Origin: the human T2T-CHM13v2.0 reference genome, Homo sapiens
Assembly: GCF_009914755.1 (NCBI RefSeq)
Contig: NC_060925.1
DNA length: 64,000 nt
Reading direction: 5' to 3' (one strand)
A model generated the notes under the pieces. The model had not been told where the DNA came from and made no database searches. It saw nothing but the letters and a program-made list of their open reading frames with translations. Position numbers and translations under genes: made by a program. Shown here piece after piece: positions 56,322 to 64,000 of this stretch (positions are counted from its first letter, which is position 1; every line of letters starts with the position of its first letter).

Positions 56322-56537
56322 TCAAAGAAAGGGGTGACGGACGCACCTGGAAAATCGGGTCACTCCCACCTGAATATTGTGCTTTTCGGACCGGCTTAAA
56401 AAACTGCACACCACGAGATTATATCCCGCACCTGGCTCGGAGGGTCCTACGCCCATGGAGTCTCGCTGATTGCTAGCACAGCAGTCTGAGATCAAACTGC
56501 AAGGCGGCAGCGAGGCTGGGGGAGGGGCGCCCACCAT
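56322..56537 (-). CDS. L1 ORF0, 71 aa, intact
   Basis: MVGAPPPASLPPCSLISDCCASNQRD...RCVRHPFL lies antisense in the 5'UTR and matches primate L1 ORF0 in sequence and length. Confidence 0.85.
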   Translation of the reverse strand: MVGAPPPASLPPCSLISDCCASNQRDSMGVGPSEPGAGYNLVVCSFLSRSEKHNIQVGVTRFSRCVRHPFL

Positions 56538-56990
56538 TGTCCAGGCTTGCTTAGGTAAACAAAGCAGCCAGGAAGCTCGAACTGGGTAGAGCCCACCACA
56601 GCTCAAGGAGGCCTGCCTGCCTCTGTAGGCTCCACCTCTGGGGGCAGGGCACAGACAAACAAAAAGACAGCAGTAACCTCTGCAGACTTAAATGTCCCTG
56701 TCTGACAGCTTTGAAGAGAGCAGTGGTTCTCCCAGCATGCAGCTGGAGATCTGAGAACAGGCAGACTGCCTCCTCAAGTGGGTCCCTGACCCCTGACCCC
56801 CAAGCAGCCTAACTGGGAGGCACCCCCAGCAGGGCACACTGACACCTCACAAGGCAGGGTATTCCAACAGAACTGCAGCTGAGGGTCCTGTCTGTTAGAA
56901 GGAAAACTAACAAACGGAAAGGACATCCACACCAAAAACCCATCTGTACATCACCATCATCAAAGACCAAAAGTAGATAAAACCACAAAG

Positions 56991-58004
56991 ATGGGGAAAA
57001 AACAGAACAGAAAAACTGGAAACTCTAAAACGCAGAGCGCCTCTCCTCCTCCAAAGGAACACAGTTCCTCACCAGCAACGGAACAAAGCTGGATGGAGAA
57101 TGACTTTGATGAGCTGAGAGAAGAAGGCTTCAGACGATCAAATTACTCTGAGTTACGGGAGGACATTCAAACCAAAGGCAAAGAAGTTGAAAACTTTGAA
57201 AAAAATTTAGAAGAATGTGTAGCTAGAATAACCAATACAGAGAAGTGCTTAAAGGAGTTGATGGAGCTGAAAACCAAGGCTCGAGAACTACGTGAAGAAT
57301 GCAGAAGCCTCAGGAGCCGATGCGATCAAGTGGAAGAGAGGGTATCAGCAATGGAAGATGAAATAAATGAAATGAAGCAAGAAGGGAAGTTTAGAGAAAA
57401 AAGAATAAAAAGAAATGAGCAAAGCCTCCAAGAAATATGGGACTATGTGAAAAGACCAAATCTACGTCTGATTGGTGTACCTGAAAGTGATGGGGAGAAT
57501 GGAACCAAGTTGAAAAACACTCTGCAGGATATTATCCAGGAGAACTTCCCCAATCTAGCAAGGCAGGCCAACGTTCAGATTCAGGAAATACAGAGAACAC
57601 CACAGAGATACTCCTCGAGAAGAACTCCAAGACACATAATTGTGAGATTCACCAAAGTTGAAATGAAGGAAAAAATGTTAAGGGCAGCCAGAGAGAAAGG
57701 TCGGGTTACCCTCAAAGGGAAGCCCATCAGACTAACAGCGGATCTCTCTGCAGAAACCCTACAAGCCAGAAGAGAGTGGGGGCCAATATTCAACATTCTT
57801 AAAGAAAAGAATTTTCAACCCAGAATTTCATATCCAGCCAAACTAAGCTTCATAAGTGAAGGAGAAATAAAATACTTTACAGACAAGCAAATGTTGAGAG
57901 ATTTTGTCACCACCAGGCCTGCCCTAAAAGATCTCCTGAAGGAAGCGCTAAACATGGAAAGGAACAACCGGTACCAGCCGCTGCAAAATCATGCCAAAAT
58001 ATAA
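56991..58004 (+). CDS. L1 ORF1p, 337 aa, open frame
   Basis: MGKKQNRKTGNSK... with REKG, ARR and YPAKLS motifs retained. One codon is deleted (SSRR-TPRH). Confidence 0.95.
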   Translation: MGKKQNRKTGNSKTQSASPPPKEHSSSPATEQSWMENDFDELREEGFRRSNYSELREDIQTKGKEVENFEKNLEECVARITNTEKCLKELMELKTKARELREECRSLRSRCDQVEERVSAMEDEINEMKQEGKFREKRIKRNEQSLQEIWDYVKRPNLRLIGVPESDGENGTKLKNTLQDIIQENFPNLARQANVQIQEIQRTPQRYSSRRTPRHIIVRFTKVEMKEKMLRAAREKGRVTLKGKPIRLTADLSAETLQARREWGPIFNILKEKNFQPRISYPAKLSFISEGEIKYFTDKQMLRDFVTTRPALKDLLKEALNMERNNRYQPLQNHAKI

Positions 58005-58052
58005 AGATCATCGAGACTAGGAAGAAACTGCATCAACTAACGAGCAAAATAG

Positions 58053-61891
<3,839 letters not shown>

Positions 61892-62879
61892 ACAATGAGA
61901 ACACATGGACACAGGAAGGGGAACATCACACTCTGGGGCTTGTTGTGGGGGAGGGGGAGGGGGGAGGGATAGCACTGGGAGATATACCTAATGCTAGATG
62001 ACGAGTTAGTGGGTGCAGCGCACCAGCATGGCACATGTATACATATGTAACTAACCTGCACAATGTGCACATGTACCCTAAAACTTAAAGTATAATTAAA
62101 AAAAAAAAAAGATAGCATCTTTTCTCAACAGATTTACAGATTCACACAATTCTAATCAAAATCTCAGCAAGGTATTTTGTAAATATTGACAAACTGCTTC
62201 TAAAGCTTTTATGGAAAGATAAAGCATCTAGAATAGCCAACACAATACTGGACAGAACAAAGTTAGAGAACTGAAAGCTACTGAAATTGAACTTGTATCC
62301 AAAATGTACAAAGAACTCTTACAACTCAACAATAACAAAACAAGTAACCCAATTTAAAAATGAGCCAAATAACTGAATAGCAACATCATCAAAAATCTAT
62401 AGATAGCAAATAAGCACATGAATAAATGTTCATCATTTCTTATTAGGAAAATGAAAATTAAAATAACAATGAAATACCACCACGTAGTTATTAGAATGGC
62501 TAAAATTTAAAACACTGACAACTCCAATTGCTGGTGAAGATGTGGTACAGTAGGAACTCTCAATCATTAAGGGTTGGGATGCAACATGGTATAGCTACTT
62601 TGGAAGAGAGTTGGACAGTTTTACACAAAGATAAACATATTCTTGCCCTATGATCCAGCAACCACACTGCTAGGTGTTTATCTAAATGATGAAAAACTTT
62701 TGTCCACAAAGAAATCTGCATACAAAAGTTTATAGCAGCTTTCTTCATAGTCTGTAAAAATTGGAGTCAACCAAGAAGTCATTCAATAAGTGAGAAGGTA
62801 AATAATCTGTTGAACACCCACACAATGGAATCCTATTCAGTATTATAAGTAATAAGCTGTCAAACATTTTAAATTTTGA

Positions 62880-63940
62880 TGACGTTTTAAATTTTAATGA
62901 AACCCAATTTATCATATTTTTCATGGATCATAATTTTAGTTTAAAGAATCCTGCCTATATTTATGTGAGTAGTCTACTTTGACTTAATTTTTATATAAGA
63001 TATGAGACTTAGGTTGAAGTTTATTATTATTATTATTTTTGCCCGTGAATCTCTAAGTGCTCTAGCATCATTAATTGTTGAACAGGCTATCTTTCTCCAT
63101 CAAATTACTTCGTAATCTCTCTAAAAAATAAGTAGGACATATTTGTGACTATTTTAGTTTCTCTATTCTGTCCTATTGATCTGTTTATCTATCTTTCTAC
63201 CAATACTTAACAGTCTTTATTATTATAAATATATAATAAGCCTTAAAATTTGGTAGACTTATTTCTTCACTTTACTCTTTCTTTCCTATATTATTTTAAC
63301 TATTCTAGTTCCTTAGCTTTTCCACATAAATTTTAGAATAATCTTTTCTATATCTACAAAAAAATTCTGAGATATTGATAGAAATTACATTATTTCTATA
63401 TATCAATTTAGGAAGAAGTAATGTATTCACTATGTGAGTCTTCCAATCCATAATCACATATATCTCTTCACTTACTTTGATCTTTGATTTTTTTATCAGC
63501 ATTTATAGCTTTGAATATACAAATCCTATACATATTTTGTTATACTTACTGCTATTTCACTTTTTTTCCAGTTGTAAATGGCTTTTTGCTACTAATTTCA
63601 GTGCCTGCGTGTTCATTACTAGTATATAGAAATGCAATAGATTTTTGTAGGTATATCTTATATTTTATTATCTGACTGAACTCACTTATTAGTTCTAAGA
63701 GATTTTTGTAGACTCCTTGGAATTTCTACATAGACAATTATGTCTTCTGCAAAGAAAGACATTTTATTTCTTTTTTTTTCCAATCAGGATGCTTTTTATT
63801 TCCTCTTTTTGCCTTATTGTGCTGGCTAGTTATAGCATTGTGTTAATAAAAGGAAGTGGACATATTTACCTTATTTTCAAACCTATAGATAAAGCAGTCA
63901 GTCTTTCACCATTAAGTACAAAGTTAGCTGTAGGATTATC
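62880..63940 (-). mobile_element. Ancient L1 ORF2 fragment
   Basis: T-rich, with ORF2-like relic 63305-63502 (LLPKLIYRNNVISINI). Confidence 0.7.
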
Positions 63941-64000
63941 ATCATATTATGTCTCTCTCTTTCTCTGGTCATTTTCTTTTCTCAGAAGCCTACCTTACCT

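Noticed and set aside
61935-61980. G-quadruplex-like tracts (also near 11495, 16720 and 48067)
   Set aside because: A standard, known feature of L1PA 3'UTRs.

Overview
Primate, almost certainly human, genomic DNA from an olfactory receptor (OR) cluster. The gene set, order and orientation fit the OR10J cluster on chr1q23, recognised from memory with no database search. There are three OR loci: a heavily disabled minus-strand pseudogene (~8.5-9.4 kb, probably OR10J9P), an open-frame OR10J4 allele (35240-36175) and OR10J1 (42833-43762). Most of the rest is nested transposable elements: two old near-full-length L1MA elements, a 5'-inverted (twin-primed) L1PA, three 5'-truncated L1PA 3' ends, a full-length L1PA2/3 with intact ORF1 and ORF0, a complete THE1 element, an SVA, three Alus, and MIR, L2, DNA-transposon and LTR relics. 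Nearly all short ORFs in the ORF track are repeat-derived or spurious. I found no convincing new biological system. The most interesting observations are: (i) neighbouring L1PA copies share non-consensus substitutions, suggesting local gene conversion; (ii) three short ectopic copies of OR10J4-locus sequence lie within 6 kb; (iii) all three ORs have a splice acceptor exactly 16 nt before the start codon; (iv) OR10J4 has an intact frame but a broken DRY motif; (v) several retrotransposition junctions are unusual. Boundaries of old repeats are approximate and subfamily names come from remembered consensus sequences.
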